The translations under genes and the position numbers were made by a program. Below are positions 8,318-20,103 of a stretch of 64,000 nt of DNA, piece by piece. The stretch covers positions 612,275 through 676,274 of the forward strand of contig SCUM01000001.1 of NCBI GenBank assembly GCA_004297215.1, read 5' to 3'. The notes under the pieces are model-generated. The model was given only the letters and a program-made list of their open reading frames with translations, did no database searches and was not told the DNA's origin. Every line of letters starts with the position of its first letter. The stretch's first letter is position 1. Source of the stretch: Patescibacteria group bacterium (GTDB taxonomy: Bacteria; Patescibacteriota; Patescibacteriia; UBA9934; GWF2-40-263).

Positions 8318-11408
<3,091 letters not shown>

Positions 11409-11912
11409 CCAAACCAGATCTCGTTTGCCGCATGTCACCGCTACTTTCGGCGCCATGCGTCGCATCGCCTGAACTATCTGACAATCCAGGTTCCCTGTTC
11501 CATTTCCCCGACGCGAGTTGCAAGTCGCGACGACGGGTGCGTGGACATGGATGATCTGAAAGCGATCGTGTGTTCTCTGTCTGATTCAATTGTGAAGGGT
11601 CACGCTGGCCCTTCGAGCCAGGGACGAACCGTCGCGTGACGTCTCGTCTCTGTGCCGAAGGATGTCGTTCACCCGCCTTCGCTCTTGATAGAGCTTCGGT
11701 GGGTCATCCAGCTGATGCTGGATGAAAAAACCGCGCTTGGCAGCGCGGGGTACACCTTAAATGAAGGTTATCACCCCACGAGCCGATGAAGATTCCCGAA
11801 CGTGTTTGACACAACGTTGCTCCCTGATCTCCACTTGCCCTCTCTCCATCCCTGCCAGGACATCCGAAATGCTGGGGACAAAGAAGGAAGTGATTACTTT
11901 GTAAGTGTCGGC

Positions 11913-11941
11913 ATCTTAAATGAATCGAAAAACCCTGTCAA
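11913..11941 (-). promoter_or_regulatory. candidate rRNA operon promoter (minus strand TTGACA-17-TAAGAT) embedded in repeat R1
   Basis: Consensus -35 with 17-bp spacer and a TAAGAT -10 on the minus strand, about 500 nt upstream of the 23S 5' end. No 16S lies between. Confidence 0.4.
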
Positions 11942-11975
11942 GGGAACTGTCCCCTGGGTTTCCACAGTAGCGGTG
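11921..11975. repeat. ~45-bp repeat R1 (GAAAAACCCTGTCAAGGGAACTGTCCCCTGGGTTTCCACAG)
   Basis: Near-identical copy at 12485-12540. The two copies bracket rlmH. Contains AAACCC...GGGTTT and CCCT...AGGG nested inverted repeats. Confidence 0.6.
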
Positions 11976-12003
11976 GATAACGAAAATAGGCTAAGATACG
12001 CCC

Positions 12004-12477
12004 ATGTATCGCTTTCAGCTGACATCGGTCGGGGACATGCGCAACGAAGCGCTCCAAGAGCTTCGTGACCTGTATGTCGCCCGTCTCCATCCGTTCGCCA
12101 AGGTCGACCGGGAGGTGGTGCGTGCTACCCCGTTCCGCTCCGAGGCTGATCGGCCCAAATGCCGAGCCGAGGAGACTGGACGTTTACGCGCCTCTCTAAA
12201 GGAGGGGGCATTCACCGTGCTCCTCACCGAAGGCGGCAAGCTGTTCGATACCAAGGGGTTCGCGTCGTGGATGGACAAGACGGCAGAGAGCGGCGCTCGG
12301 CCTATCCAGTTCCTCGTTGCCGGCACGCTTGGCACCGAAGCGGAACTCGCAAAGGAAGTGGACATGACGCTCTCGCTCTCCCCCCTCACGTTCCCGCATG
12401 AGCTCGCCCTTGTTGTCCTGCTCGAGCAGCTCTACCGAGTGTGCACGGTCGTTACGGGGAAGACGTACCATTATTAG
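12004..12477 (+). CDS. rlmH: 23S rRNA (pseudouridine1915-N3)-methyltransferase RlmH (SPOUT family)
   Basis: 157 aa. C-terminal LSLSPLTFPHELALVVLLEQLYRVCTVVTGKTYHY matches the RlmH/YbeA signature. Confidence 0.85.
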   Translation: MYRFQLTSVGDMRNEALQELRDLYVARLHPFAKVDREVVRATPFRSEADRPKCRAEETGRLRASLKEGAFTVLLTEGGKLFDTKGFASWMDKTAESGARPIQFLVAGTLGTEAELAKEVDMTLSLSPLTFPHELALVVLLEQLYRVCTVVTGKTYHY

Positions 12478-12484
12478 GCAGCTG

Positions 12485-12540
12485 GTAGAGGGAAAGAAAA
12501 ACCCTGTCAAGGAGGGCTGTCCCGAGGGTTTCCACAGCAT
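12485..12540. repeat. ~45-bp repeat R2 (copy of R1, about 5 mismatches)
   Basis: GAAAAACCCTGTCAAGGAGGGCTGTCCCGAGGGTTTCCACAG immediately 3' of rlmH. Confidence 0.6.
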
Positions 12541-12574
12541 GGATGCGGGTTGAAATAAAGCCAGATTAAAGGAA

Positions 12575-12606
12575 AAACCCGCTAGAACCGTTGGTCCATC
12601 GCGGGT
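12575..12606 (-). terminator. terminator hairpin (ACCCGC...GCGGGT plus T-run on minus strand)
   Basis: Downstream of the minus-strand 83-aa ORF. Confidence 0.45.
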
Positions 12607-12624
12607 CGCGTCTTGGCAGCCATT

Positions 12625-12876
12625 TCAGGTGATCTTTCCCAGAGCCCAGTCGAGGTACAAGCCTTCGAGCCGAAGCTTCATGCCGACGATGCGTTTCACG
12701 ACCACCTCATCGACCTTGCCGGTCTCCTGGGCGTACCGCTCGGCGAGCAAGGTCTCCGTCTCGATCTCTTTCTTTAAGGAGATAATCGCGACGGGACGAT
12801 AGGGGTTCTCGGCGTGCTCTTGCGCGTGCCTGAACACTTGAAGCGACTCCTCTCGGGTCAAAGTGCGATGTGCCAT
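12625..12876 (-). CDS. hypothetical protein (83 aa)
   Basis: ORF with ATG start and terminator hairpin. No family recognised. Confidence 0.4.
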   Translation of the reverse strand: MAHRTLTREESLQVFRHAQEHAENPYRPVAIISLKKEIETETLLAERYAQETGKVDEVVVKRIVGMKLRLEGLYLDWALGKIT

Positions 12877-13008
12877 GGCTTCCTCCTTGTCGGTGCCGAA
12901 CCTTCTCTATCATCCTAAATGGACACGGTCAATCGAAAACCCACCGAACGCGCGGTGGGTTTTCTTGTCCCGGGCTCGAGCCGAAACGGCTCGCCAACCG
13001 AAGTCGGC

Positions 13009-13086
13009 TGGTGGAATCGACGGGATTCGAACCCGTATCTCTTGGTGGCAACCCTAGCGAGGTTAACCAGTTACCTCCACGATCCC
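13009..13086 (-). tRNA. tRNA, Ala-like (G3:U70; anticodon loop GTTGCCA, nominal anticodon TGC)
   Basis: Reverse complement GGGATCG...CGATTCCACCA folds with canonical D and T arms (GGTTCGAATCC). The anticodon stem has one A-A mismatch and C37, so the isotype and anticodon call are uncertain. Confidence 0.5.
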
Positions 13087-13241
13087 GAATCCGAGCCCGG
13101 GATACACAAACAAAACGACCCCCATTTTAAGGAGGGTCGTTTCATTGCCACCAAGAGGATACCGTAGAGGTACTCACCAGGGTTAATGGTATTCAATCAC
13201 GAAATATCATTTCCGTCAACCCATCTCCTGTGGAAAACCGC

Positions 13242-13844
13242 TTATGGATTCGCCAGCTCGTCGTGCAAACTGTGGCCGGGGGCGAATTCGAAGGGGCGGG
13301 ACTTGAGGTCCTCGATCACTTCGACGAGGATCGGATACTCCGCGTCCATGAAGTGGCCACAGCCGTCGGTCTCGACCAGCTTCGCACGGAAGGATTCGGC
13401 CAGGCGCTTGGCGTGGTCGATGGGGACCATCGTGTCGTCCTTGGAGTGGACGACGACGTATTCGCGGGCCTTCCACATGAGCACGTCGGCGTCGAGGTCC
13501 ACGATGAACAGGCGGCGCAGCGCCTGGTTCGACACCTTCCATGGGGCGGCCACCATCACGACCGCGCGCGGGGTCTCGGTCATTTCCACGGCCTCCAGGT
13601 ACTGCAGGATGATGAACGCCCCCAGGCTGTGTCCCACGAACACGTCGTCGCCGGTGACCGGGCCCACTTGGGAACGCAGCGACTCCACGATCTCCGGGAG
13701 CTTCAATTCGCCGTCTTCGCCGAGCTTCAGCCCAAGCCGCGGCGTGACCACGTCGAACCCGCGGTCGCGAAGCGCGCCGGCAAGCGAGGGGATGAACTGC
13801 CCGTCGGGAGTGGAATTGAAGCCGTGGACGAGGATGGCTCTCAT
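13242..13844 (-). CDS. alpha/beta-hydrolase (serine hydrolase, YdeN/RBBP9-like)
   Basis: MRAILVHGFNSTPDG start, GHSLGA nucleophile elbow, C-terminal DGCGHF. Start chosen at 13844 because the longer annotated ORF would run through tRNA-Leu. Confidence 0.65.
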   Translation of the reverse strand: MRAILVHGFNSTPDGQFIPSLAGALRDRGFDVVTPRLGLKLGEDGELKLPEIVESLRSQVGPVTGDDVFVGHSLGAFIILQYLEAVEMTETPRAVVMVAAPWKVSNQALRRLFIVDLDADVLMWKAREYVVVHSKDDTMVPIDHAKRLAESFRAKLVETDGCGHFMDAEYPILVEVIEDLKSRPFEFAPGHSLHDELANP

Positions 13845-13855
13845 AGGTCGGTCGG

Positions 13856-13942
13856 TGGTGCCGGAAGTGGGACTCGAACCCACATGGGATTGCTCCCGCC
13901 AGCTCCTAAGGCTGGTGCGTATGCCAATTCCGCCACTCCGGC
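13856..13942 (-). tRNA. tRNA-Leu (anticodon TAG)
   Basis: 87-nt class II tRNA on the minus strand: GCCGGAG acceptor, anticodon loop CTTAGGA, long variable arm, GGTTCGAGTCC T-loop, CCA encoded. Confidence 0.85.
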
Positions 13943-14042
13943 ATGCGTCGCAGTGTAATGAAAGAAGCGGTTTGCGGCAATTATCCACATCCGGACGATT
14001 GACGGAAAAGCTTTTTCGTGGTGGAATGAACCTACAAGAGAA

Positions 14043-14072
14043 CACGACCCTCCCTTCCTGGGCGGGTCGTGT
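14043..14072 (+). promoter_or_regulatory. terminator-like hairpin plus T7 tract in the leader of the LTD-protein gene (possible attenuator or sRNA 3' end)
   Basis: ACACGACCC-tcccttcctgggc-GGGTCGTGT followed by TTTTTTC, about 60 nt before the ATG at 14131. A second hairpin CCCTGGgacgCCAGGG follows. Confidence 0.35.
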
Positions 14073-14130
14073 TTTTTCTTGCCGCGCGAGTCCCTGGGAC
14101 GCCAGGGCGCTCATTCACAAACCGACGCCT

Positions 14131-16434
14131 ATGAAATACCTGATCATCATCGGGTTGCTGGTGGCGCTGCCGCGTGCGCCCGTGCGTGCCGAAGGGACAC
14201 CGGTCGTCGTCCTTTCCGAAGTGGGATGGGCCGGATCGTCGCTCTCCACTGCGGACGAGTACATGGAACTCGCGAACCTCACGGATGCGCCCATCGACCT
14301 GTCCGGGTACCGGCTGATCGGCGGCGGGGACATCCTTCTCCCATCCGGAGCGACGCTTCCCGCGCGCGGCACGTTCGTCATCGCGAACTTCGCCGTGGAG
14401 GACGTCCGCAGCGCGCTTTCGAGGACGCCGGACTTCGTATCGACCGCCGTCGCCCTCTCGAATTCCGCGCTCGACCTCACGCTTGTCGCGCCGGACGGCA
14501 CGGTCGTCGACCGTGCCGGGGACGCAGGCGCGCCCGCGGCCGGAAAAGCATCGAGCAGCGGCTCCGGCGCCCGCAGCATGGTCCGCGCCCTGCCGTTTGC
14601 GGACGGTTCGCTCGCCTCGTCATGGCGCACGATCGAGACGGCCGACGGGATGGACGAGGGATTGCCGGACCTCGGGACGCCTGGCGTGAACGACCTTGCC
14701 GAAGCGGCGGTCGAGACGCCAATGCCAGCCGTGACTGACCCGGTCGCAGCTGAAGTCGAACCGTTATCCGCTTCAGACGAGTCATCCCAAGACGTCGTCG
14801 AGACGCCAGAAACGGTGACGGAGCCGGTCGTCGCGCCGCCATCGGACGAACCAATCGTGACGGAGCCGGTCGTAGAACCCGCCCAAGAGAACGTTGTCGT
14901 CCTGAGCGATGGCGAAGGACCTTCTGTCGGGCAGCCTCCAATTGAAGATCCCTCATCGGCCGTCCAGACACAGGATGACACGACGACGGTCATCGCCTCC
15001 GAACCGATCGAGGTCGTCGCCACGCCAGTGGCGCTCATGCCGACGGTCTTCCCTCCCCACACGCTCCAAATCTCCGAGCTCTATCCCGTTCCCGCATCCG
15101 GGGAGGACGAGTTCGTCGAGATCCTGAATCCTTATAACAACCTGATTCCCCTTGCGGGCTGGACGCTGCGGGACGCGTCGGGCGCCAAGACCCCGCTCCC
15201 CGACCAGTTGCTCGGGCTCGGTCAGACGGTCGTCCTGAAAAATCCGAAAGGACGGCTCAACAACGACGGGGACGCGCTCGACCTGGTCGCCCCCGACGGC
15301 TCCGTGAACGACGCGGTCGCCTACGGCAAGGACGGGCAGAAGGCCGGACGCTCGTTCGTCCGCGTCGAGGACCATCTGGAACTCACGGTCCATCCGACGC
15401 CGGGGGAGGCGAACGTGCTCGAACCCGTCGTGACGCAGCCGTCAGTCTTCGACTCCGAGGTCGCTCAGACTCGAGGAGCCGTCATCACGCCGCCGCCAGC
15501 GGTTGCGCAGCCGGCCCCCGCTACCCCCTACCAACTACCCCCTACCCCCTCCCTCTATGTCCTCCCTCCCGTATCGGATCACCCAAGCGACGCGGGGATT
15601 CGGACGACGGCGCTCGTTCCTGCGCGCGCTCAACCAGTTGTCATTCCGAAGGCGGTCGCTTCTGCAAGATCCGCAGGCACGACCGCCAAGTCTGCTCCCA
15701 AGAAACCATCCGCCGCTCCTTCCCGCGTGACCGTCGCTCACGTGGCGGGGATGGCCGTGAACAAACGCGTGGTCGTGACGGCGACGGTGACCGCCGCGCC
15801 TGGCGCGATCGGCAAGCAGCTCATGGCCGTCCAAGACGAGACCGGAGGCATCACCGTGTTCAAGAACGACGGGGCGTTCCCGCAGCTCTCCCTGGGCGAC
15901 CAGGTGGAAATCGCGGGCGTCGTGAGCTCCTCCCGCGGCATGAAGCGCATCCGGCTCGACGCGAAATCCGCGGTCCGGATCCTCGACCATGAGGACGCGC
16001 CCGAGGCCGCGGAAACGTCGGATCCTTCAGGGGAAGACGTCGGCGCGCTCATCAAGATGACCGGCCTGCTCGTGAAGACGTCGGCGGGGACGGCGGTCGA
16101 GACGGACGCGGGGGCGACCCCCGTGCGCCTTCCCGCCGAGAGCTCGATACGGCCCGGGACGCGCATTGAGGCCACCGGCGTGCTCACCTCGTCCGACGGG
16201 AAGTTCAGCCTCCTTCCGCGATCCGCCGCGGACGTGGTCGCCCTTGAGGCGCCAGCCGCCCAGGAACACGCGGCGCCGACGAAAGGGGCGGGGCGGGGCG
16301 CCTCCGGCATCGCGCTCACCACGCTCGTCCTCGCCGCGGTCACGACGTTCGTCCTGCGCCCACATGTCCAACGCCTTATCACCCATTATGAAAAACGCCC
16401 CGCTCTCCCTCTTCCTGCTCAAGCGCCGGATTGA
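14131..16434 (+). CDS. large surface protein with two lamin-tail (LTD) domains, Pro/Ala-rich linkers and C-terminal TM anchor
   Basis: Signal peptide. LTD-like blocks: LSEVGWAGSS...YMELANLTDAPIDLSGYRL and ISELYPVPASGEDEFVEILNPYNN...WTLRD...DALDLVAPDGSVNDAVAY. C-terminal hydrophobic anchor. Start at ATG 14131; the 13186 extension is rejected. Confidence 0.65.
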   Translation: MKYLIIIGLLVALPRAPVRAEGTPVVVLSEVGWAGSSLSTADEYMELANLTDAPIDLSGYRLIGGGDILLPSGATLPARGTFVIANFAVEDVRSALSRTPDFVSTAVALSNSALDLTLVAPDGTVVDRAGDAGAPAAGKASSSGSGARSMVRALPFADGSLASSWRTIETADGMDEGLPDLGTPGVNDLAEAAVETPMPAVTDPVAAEVEPLSASDESSQDVVETPETVTEPVVAPPSDEPIVTEPVVEPAQENVVVLSDGEGPSVGQPPIEDPSSAVQTQDDTTTVIASEPIEVVATPVALMPTVFPPHTLQISELYPVPASGEDEFVEILNPYNNLIPLAGWTLRDASGAKTPLPDQLLGLGQTVVLKNPKGRLNNDGDALDLVAPDGSVNDAVAYGKDGQKAGRSFVRVEDHLELTVHPTPGEANVLEPVVTQPSVFDSEVAQTRGAVITPPPAVAQPAPATPYQLPPTPSLYVLPPVSDHPSDAGIRTTALVPARAQPVVIPKAVASARSAGTTAKSAPKKPSAAPSRVTVAHVAGMAVNKRVVVTATVTAAPGAIGKQLMAVQDETGGITVFKNDGAFPQLSLGDQVEIAGVVSSSRGMKRIRLDAKSAVRILDHEDAPEAAETSDPSGEDVGALIKMTGLLVKTSAGTAVETDAGATPVRLPAESSIRPGTRIEATGVLTSSDGKFSLLPRSAADVVALEAPAAQEHAAPTKGAGRGASGIALTTLVLAAVTTFVLRPHVQRLITHYEKRPALPLPAQAPD

Positions 16435-16582
16435 GAACAAGGCCTATGCGTACGGCGTCTCCTCCGTGGTCGCCACCCTGCTCGGCGAATACGTGGTGGA
16501 ACTGCTGCGCGCGAGCGCCTCCCACGGCGACCTCTCCGAAGCCGTCGCCCTCTAAACCCTTCATCATTCACCTTCCACTCAT

Positions 16583-16795
16583 ATGGCTATCAACGACAAG
16601 GCTTCCTGGTTCATGTCGCTCATCGGTTCCATCCAAGGGATGGCGGAAGAGCTCGGTCTCGACGACGTGTCCAGCCAGAAACTGCGCGAATTCGTGCTCG
16701 GCATCGCCAAGGAAGAATTCAAGGCCGGCAACCGCTCGGGCATCTCCTGGGCGCGCAAGAACCCGCCCAAGCAAGCCGTTGCTGCCGCCGCGTAG
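16583..16795 (+). CDS. hypothetical small protein (70 aa)
   Basis: ATG-initiated ORF just upstream of the repeat protein. No strong RBS. Confidence 0.3.
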   Translation: MAINDKASWFMSLIGSIQGMAEELGLDDVSSQKLREFVLGIAKEEFKAGNRSGISWARKNPPKQAVAAAA

Positions 16796-16814
16796 GTTGG
16801 TATACTCAGAGCGT

Positions 16815-17198
16815 ATGGAAGACGTTGAATTGCGGGAGGCCTTCGCCGGCATCCACAGACAGTTCGAGAAGATCGACCAGCGGTTCGACCGAATCGACCA
16901 GCGGTTTGAGATCATCGACCAACGATTTGAGATCATCGACCAACGATTTGATGCGATGGACCAGCGGTTCGATGGGCTTGAGACGAAATTCGGCGGACTT
17001 GAGACGAGGTTCGGCGGACTTGAGCAGCGCTTCGATGGGCTTGAGACGAAAATGTCAACGCAGTTCCGCATCGTCAACGAAAAGATTGATGACCTTGCCG
17101 CTGCAACGAAGGCCGGTTTCGAGGAAGCCGGCCGACGCATGGACGACATGGACGTCCGTATCCGCCTCCTATCCCTCGAACGGCGCGTCGCTTCCTGA
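16815..17198 (+). CDS. heptad-repeat protein (9 x FxxIDQR / FGGLETR repeats), probable coiled coil
   Basis: 127 aa: FEKIDQR FDRIDQR FEIIDQR FEIIDQR FDAMDQR FDGLETK FGGLETR FGGLEQR FDGLETK, encoded by 21-bp tandem DNA repeats. Terminator follows. Confidence 0.55.
   Translation: MEDVELREAFAGIHRQFEKIDQRFDRIDQRFEIIDQRFEIIDQRFDAMDQRFDGLETKFGGLETRFGGLEQRFDGLETKMSTQFRIVNEKIDDLAAATKAGFEEAGRRMDDMDVRIRLLSLERRVAS
16861..17052. repeat. 21-bp in-frame tandem DNA repeats (x9) inside CDS
   Basis: gaccagcggttcgaccgaatc / gaccaacgatttgagatcatc / cttgagacgaaattcggcgga and similar units. Confidence 0.7.
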
Positions 17199-17206
17199 CC
17201 CGACAA

Positions 17207-17236
17207 GAAAACCGCCCCGGCGCCGGGGCGGTTTTC
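17207..17236 (+). terminator. rho-independent terminator (AAAACCGCCCCGG-cg-CCGGGGCGGTTTT)
   Basis: Perfect GC-rich stem flanked by an A-run and a T-run after the repeat-protein gene. Confidence 0.75.
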
Positions 17237-17256
17237 CGTCCGATCCCGTGTCAAAC

Positions 17257-17285
17257 AAAAAGGCTCGTCTGGCGACGAGTCTTTT
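17257..17285. terminator. bidirectional terminator hairpin (AAAAAGGCTCGTC-tggc-GACGAGTCTTTTT)
   Basis: Abuts the tRNA-Gly 3' end on the minus strand. Confidence 0.6.
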
Positions 17286-17360
17286 TGGAGCGGGAAACGG
17301 GGATCGAACCCGCGGCCTTCTCGTTGGCAACGAGACGCTCTACCACTGAGCTATTCCCGC
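17286..17360 (-). tRNA. tRNA-Gly (anticodon GCC)
   Basis: Reverse complement GCGGGAATAGCTCAGTGGTAGAGCGTCTCGTTGCCAACGAGAAGGCCGCGGGTTCGATCCCCGTTTCCCGCTCCA. Confidence 0.9.
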
Positions 17361-17437
17361 AAAAGCCTCTTCTTCTTTTGTGGTCGGGACTGTAACACCG
17401 TGTCTCGCGTCTGACAAGAGGTTATACTGTCTGCACT

Positions 17438-19174
17438 ATGCCCCGACGAAGCGCCACCAACAAGCAGATTGCCGACATCCTGCGAGAGATCGGGCTCATC
17501 GACGAGGCTGAGGGAGTGCCGTTCAAGCCGCAGGCGTACGAGGTGGCGGCGGATCAGGTGGCGGCGTTAGGCGAAGATCTGTCCGACCTGTACAAGGCGT
17601 GCGGAGCGACCTGCATCGACGCGATCCCGGGCATCGGCAAGAGCATCGCGGAAAAGATCGAGGAACTGGTGACCACCGGGCGGCTGAAATCGTACGAGGC
17701 GCTCAAGAAGAAGTACCCGTTCGACATGCTGGCGCTCACCGGCATCCAGAACGTGGGGCCCAAGACCGCGCTCGCGCTCTACCGCGCGCTCAAGGTGAAG
17801 ACCGTGCGCGACCTCGAGCGCGTCGCGCGCGCGGGGAAGGTCCGAAGGGTGCCGGGGTTCGGCCGCAAGTCCGAGGACGGCATCCTGAAAGGCATCGGGT
17901 TCCTGCGCGAGCACGAAGGACGGTTCCGTTTGCACGACCTGCTCCCGTTCGCGGAAGGGATCGTCGCGAAGCTGCGCGCGGTGCCGGGGGTGACGCACTG
18001 CGAAGCCGCCGGGTCGCTGCGGCGCATGAAGGAGACGGTGGGCGACGTGGACCTCGTGATGACGGCCACGGACCCGAAGCGCGCGCTCGACGCGTTCGTT
18101 TCCCTTCCGGAAGTCTCGCAGGCGCTCGAACGCGGGGAAAACCGCGCCGCGGTGCGCTACCGTTACGGCGTGAACGGCGACCTGCTGGTGCTCAAGCCCG
18201 AGGAGTGGGCGACGGCGCTCCTGCACTTCACGGGCTCGCGCGACCACAACGTCGTCCTGCGCGAGCGCGCGATCAAGCGCGGGATGAAACTGTCGGAATA
18301 CGGCTTGTTCAAGGGGAAGAAGCGCGTCGTGACCAAGACGGAGCAGGACGTCTACGAGGCGCTTGGCATGGACTGGATGCCTCCGGAAATCCGCGAAAAC
18401 CGCGGGGAAATCGAGGCGGCGCTTGCGCACAAGGTTCCCGCGCTCGTCGGCTACGGCGATCTCAAGGGCGACCTGCAGGTGCAGACCGGATGGTCCGACG
18501 GCGACGCGTCCATCGAGGCGATGGCGGGAGAGGCGAAGAGGCGCGGGCTCTCGTACCTGGCGGTGACCGACCACACGCAGGCGCTCGCGATGGCGAACGG
18601 TCTCGACGAGAAGCGGCTCCTGAAGCAAGGGAAGGAGATCGACGCGCTCAACAAGAAGCTGCGGGAATTCCGCGTCCTCAAATCCTCCGAATGCGACGTC
18701 CGCAGGGACGGTTCGCTCGACCTCGACGACGCCGCGCTCAAGACGCTCGACCTCGTGTGCGTGTCGGTGCACTCATCCTTCACCTTATCCGAGAAGGAGC
18801 AGACCGAGCGCATCATCCGCGCGTTCAAGCACCCGCTTACGAACGTGTTCTTCCACCCCACCGGCCGCATCGTGAACGCGCGCGAGGCGTACGCCGTGGA
18901 TTTCCCGCGACTTCTCCGTGCCGCCAGGGAATATGGCGTGGCGCTCGAAGTGAACGGTTCCGAACGCCTCGACCTGAAGGACGCCCACGTGCGCGAAGCC
19001 GTGGAGGCCGGCGTGAAGCTGGTCATCGACTCCGACGCGCACAAGGCCGAGCATTTCGACAACCTCCGCTACGGCATCTCCCAGGCCCGCCGCGGCTGGG
19101 CCACGCGAGCCGACGTGCTCAACACGAAGCCTGTGGGGGCGTTCCTGAAGGCTTTGAAGGGGTTGAAGAAGTAG
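17438..19174 (+). CDS. polX: DNA polymerase X family protein with C-terminal PHP (3'-5' exonuclease/phosphoesterase) domain
   Basis: Pol beta-like HhH motifs (IPGIGKSIAEKI, GIQNVGPKTA), nucleotidyltransferase GDVDLVM, and a C-terminal PHP domain with His/Asp metal ligands (VTDHTQ...VHSSF...IDSDAH). Confidence 0.85.
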   Translation: MPRRSATNKQIADILREIGLIDEAEGVPFKPQAYEVAADQVAALGEDLSDLYKACGATCIDAIPGIGKSIAEKIEELVTTGRLKSYEALKKKYPFDMLALTGIQNVGPKTALALYRALKVKTVRDLERVARAGKVRRVPGFGRKSEDGILKGIGFLREHEGRFRLHDLLPFAEGIVAKLRAVPGVTHCEAAGSLRRMKETVGDVDLVMTATDPKRALDAFVSLPEVSQALERGENRAAVRYRYGVNGDLLVLKPEEWATALLHFTGSRDHNVVLRERAIKRGMKLSEYGLFKGKKRVVTKTEQDVYEALGMDWMPPEIRENRGEIEAALAHKVPALVGYGDLKGDLQVQTGWSDGDASIEAMAGEAKRRGLSYLAVTDHTQALAMANGLDEKRLLKQGKEIDALNKKLREFRVLKSSECDVRRDGSLDLDDAALKTLDLVCVSVHSSFTLSEKEQTERIIRAFKHPLTNVFFHPTGRIVNAREAYAVDFPRLLRAAREYGVALEVNGSERLDLKDAHVREAVEAGVKLVIDSDAHKAEHFDNLRYGISQARRGWATRADVLNTKPVGAFLKALKGLKK

Positions 19175-19190
19175 GCTAGGCTGCGAGAAC

Positions 19191-19277
19191 GGGCAGGTGC
19201 CGAAATTGGTATCCGGAGGGGACTTAAAATCCCCGGGCCGAAAGGCCGTGTGGGTTCGAGTCCCACCCTGCCCACCA
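19191..19277 (+). tRNA. tRNA-Leu (anticodon TAA)
   Basis: 87-nt class II tRNA: GGGCAGG...CCTGCCCACCA, anticodon loop CTTAAAA, long variable arm, GGTTCGAGTCC T-loop. Confidence 0.85.
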
Positions 19278-19330
19278 TCCCCCGTCGCTCAACGGCGGTT
19301 GGGCTATGGGGGATTGTTTGAGAATGAAAA

Positions 19331-19365
19331 ATGGCCACGACGCGTCGTCGGGGCCATCCTGAGGA
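19331..19365 (-). terminator. terminator-like hairpin plus T-run (minus strand)
   Basis: ATGGCCCCGACGACGCGTCGTGGCCAT then TTTTT, downstream of the histidine phosphatase gene. Confidence 0.4.
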
Positions 19366-19430
19366 GCTTCAGCGACGAAGGAACTCGTCGAGGTCGCTCG
19401 TTTGCCGTGCGAATGCGTGCGGTCGCGTGT

Positions 19431-19883
19431 TCACCCGAGGACGGTGGCCGTCTTCTCGACGCAGCGGATGGAACGGCCTTGCCCCCTTCGGAGCTCGCGC
19501 TCGGTGATGCACGTCTGCAGTACCTCCTTGCCGAAGAGGGTCGGAAGGTACCCGGCGTACTCGAGGTGCGTCACCACGAGGAGGACGTCGACCCCTTCGG
19601 ACTTCTCCCGGATGAGCGCGAGCGCGGCGGCGTAGTCCTCTCGATGCCTGTTGTCCGACCAAAGCAGGTCGTGCCGCTCGAACGACGCGAGCGCGAGCGC
19701 CTGGGCCAGCACCTCAGCGCTGTCGACGGCGCGAAGGGCCGTGGAGCTCAACAGGCGGACCGCGCGCCCGGCCAGGTCTGGCCTCACCAGCTCGGCGAGA
19801 TGGCGCATCTGGTCGCGACCAAGATCGTTGAGACGATCGTCCGCGCCGTAGTTCCCGTGACGGACGATGACAAGCAGATCCAT
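19431..19883 (-). CDS. histidine phosphatase family protein (SixA/phosphoglycerate-mutase-like)
   Basis: N-terminal LVIVRHGNYG (RHG catalytic motif). About 150 aa. Confidence 0.65.
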   Translation of the reverse strand: MDLLVIVRHGNYGADDRLNDLGRDQMRHLAELVRPDLAGRAVRLLSSTALRAVDSAEVLAQALALASFERHDLLWSDNRHREDYAAALALIREKSEGVDVLLVVTHLEYAGYLPTLFGKEVLQTCITERELRRGQGRSIRCVEKTATVLG

Positions 19884-20082
19884 GAAAGTACTCCGTTCCG
19901 CGACTTGCCCAGTCGCCGGGGTCAGGACGACGCGTCAACATAATAGGAAACGATGCTCCTGTCAACCTACTGAACCATGACTGTTTGAAATCCAGAAGTT
20001 CAAGAACACGGACCTTTGGCGCATCCCAAAAAGATCGTCCCGTCAGGCTGCGGAACGAAGGAACATATCGGTGAGATTAAAA

Positions 20083-20103
20083 AACCTCGACTCGTCGTCG
20101 AGG
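20083..20103 (-). terminator. terminator hairpin (CCTCGACGACGAGTCGAGG plus T6 on minus strand)
   Basis: Immediately 3' of the IMPCH-domain gene stop. Confidence 0.5.

Noticed and set aside
11410-12003. Search for 16S rRNA or ITS tRNAs upstream of 23S
   Set aside because: No 16S 3'-end signature or tRNA cloverleaf was found. The region instead contains a promoter-like element and the R1 repeat.
13186-16434. 1082-aa ORF spanning the esterase (antisense), tRNA-Leu and the LTD protein
   Set aside because: It runs through a tRNA gene and the antisense of a well-supported alpha/beta-hydrolase. The real protein starts at ATG 14131 with a signal peptide.
17599-19179. 526-aa Arg/Gly/Glu-rich alternative-frame ORF inside polX, and similar shadow ORFs inside SpoIID (25250-26446), flippase/ligase (26734-28374) and the giant gene (39937-41271)
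   Set aside because: These are compositional shadow ORFs of high-GC genes with no motifs. The in-frame annotated genes carry clear family signatures.
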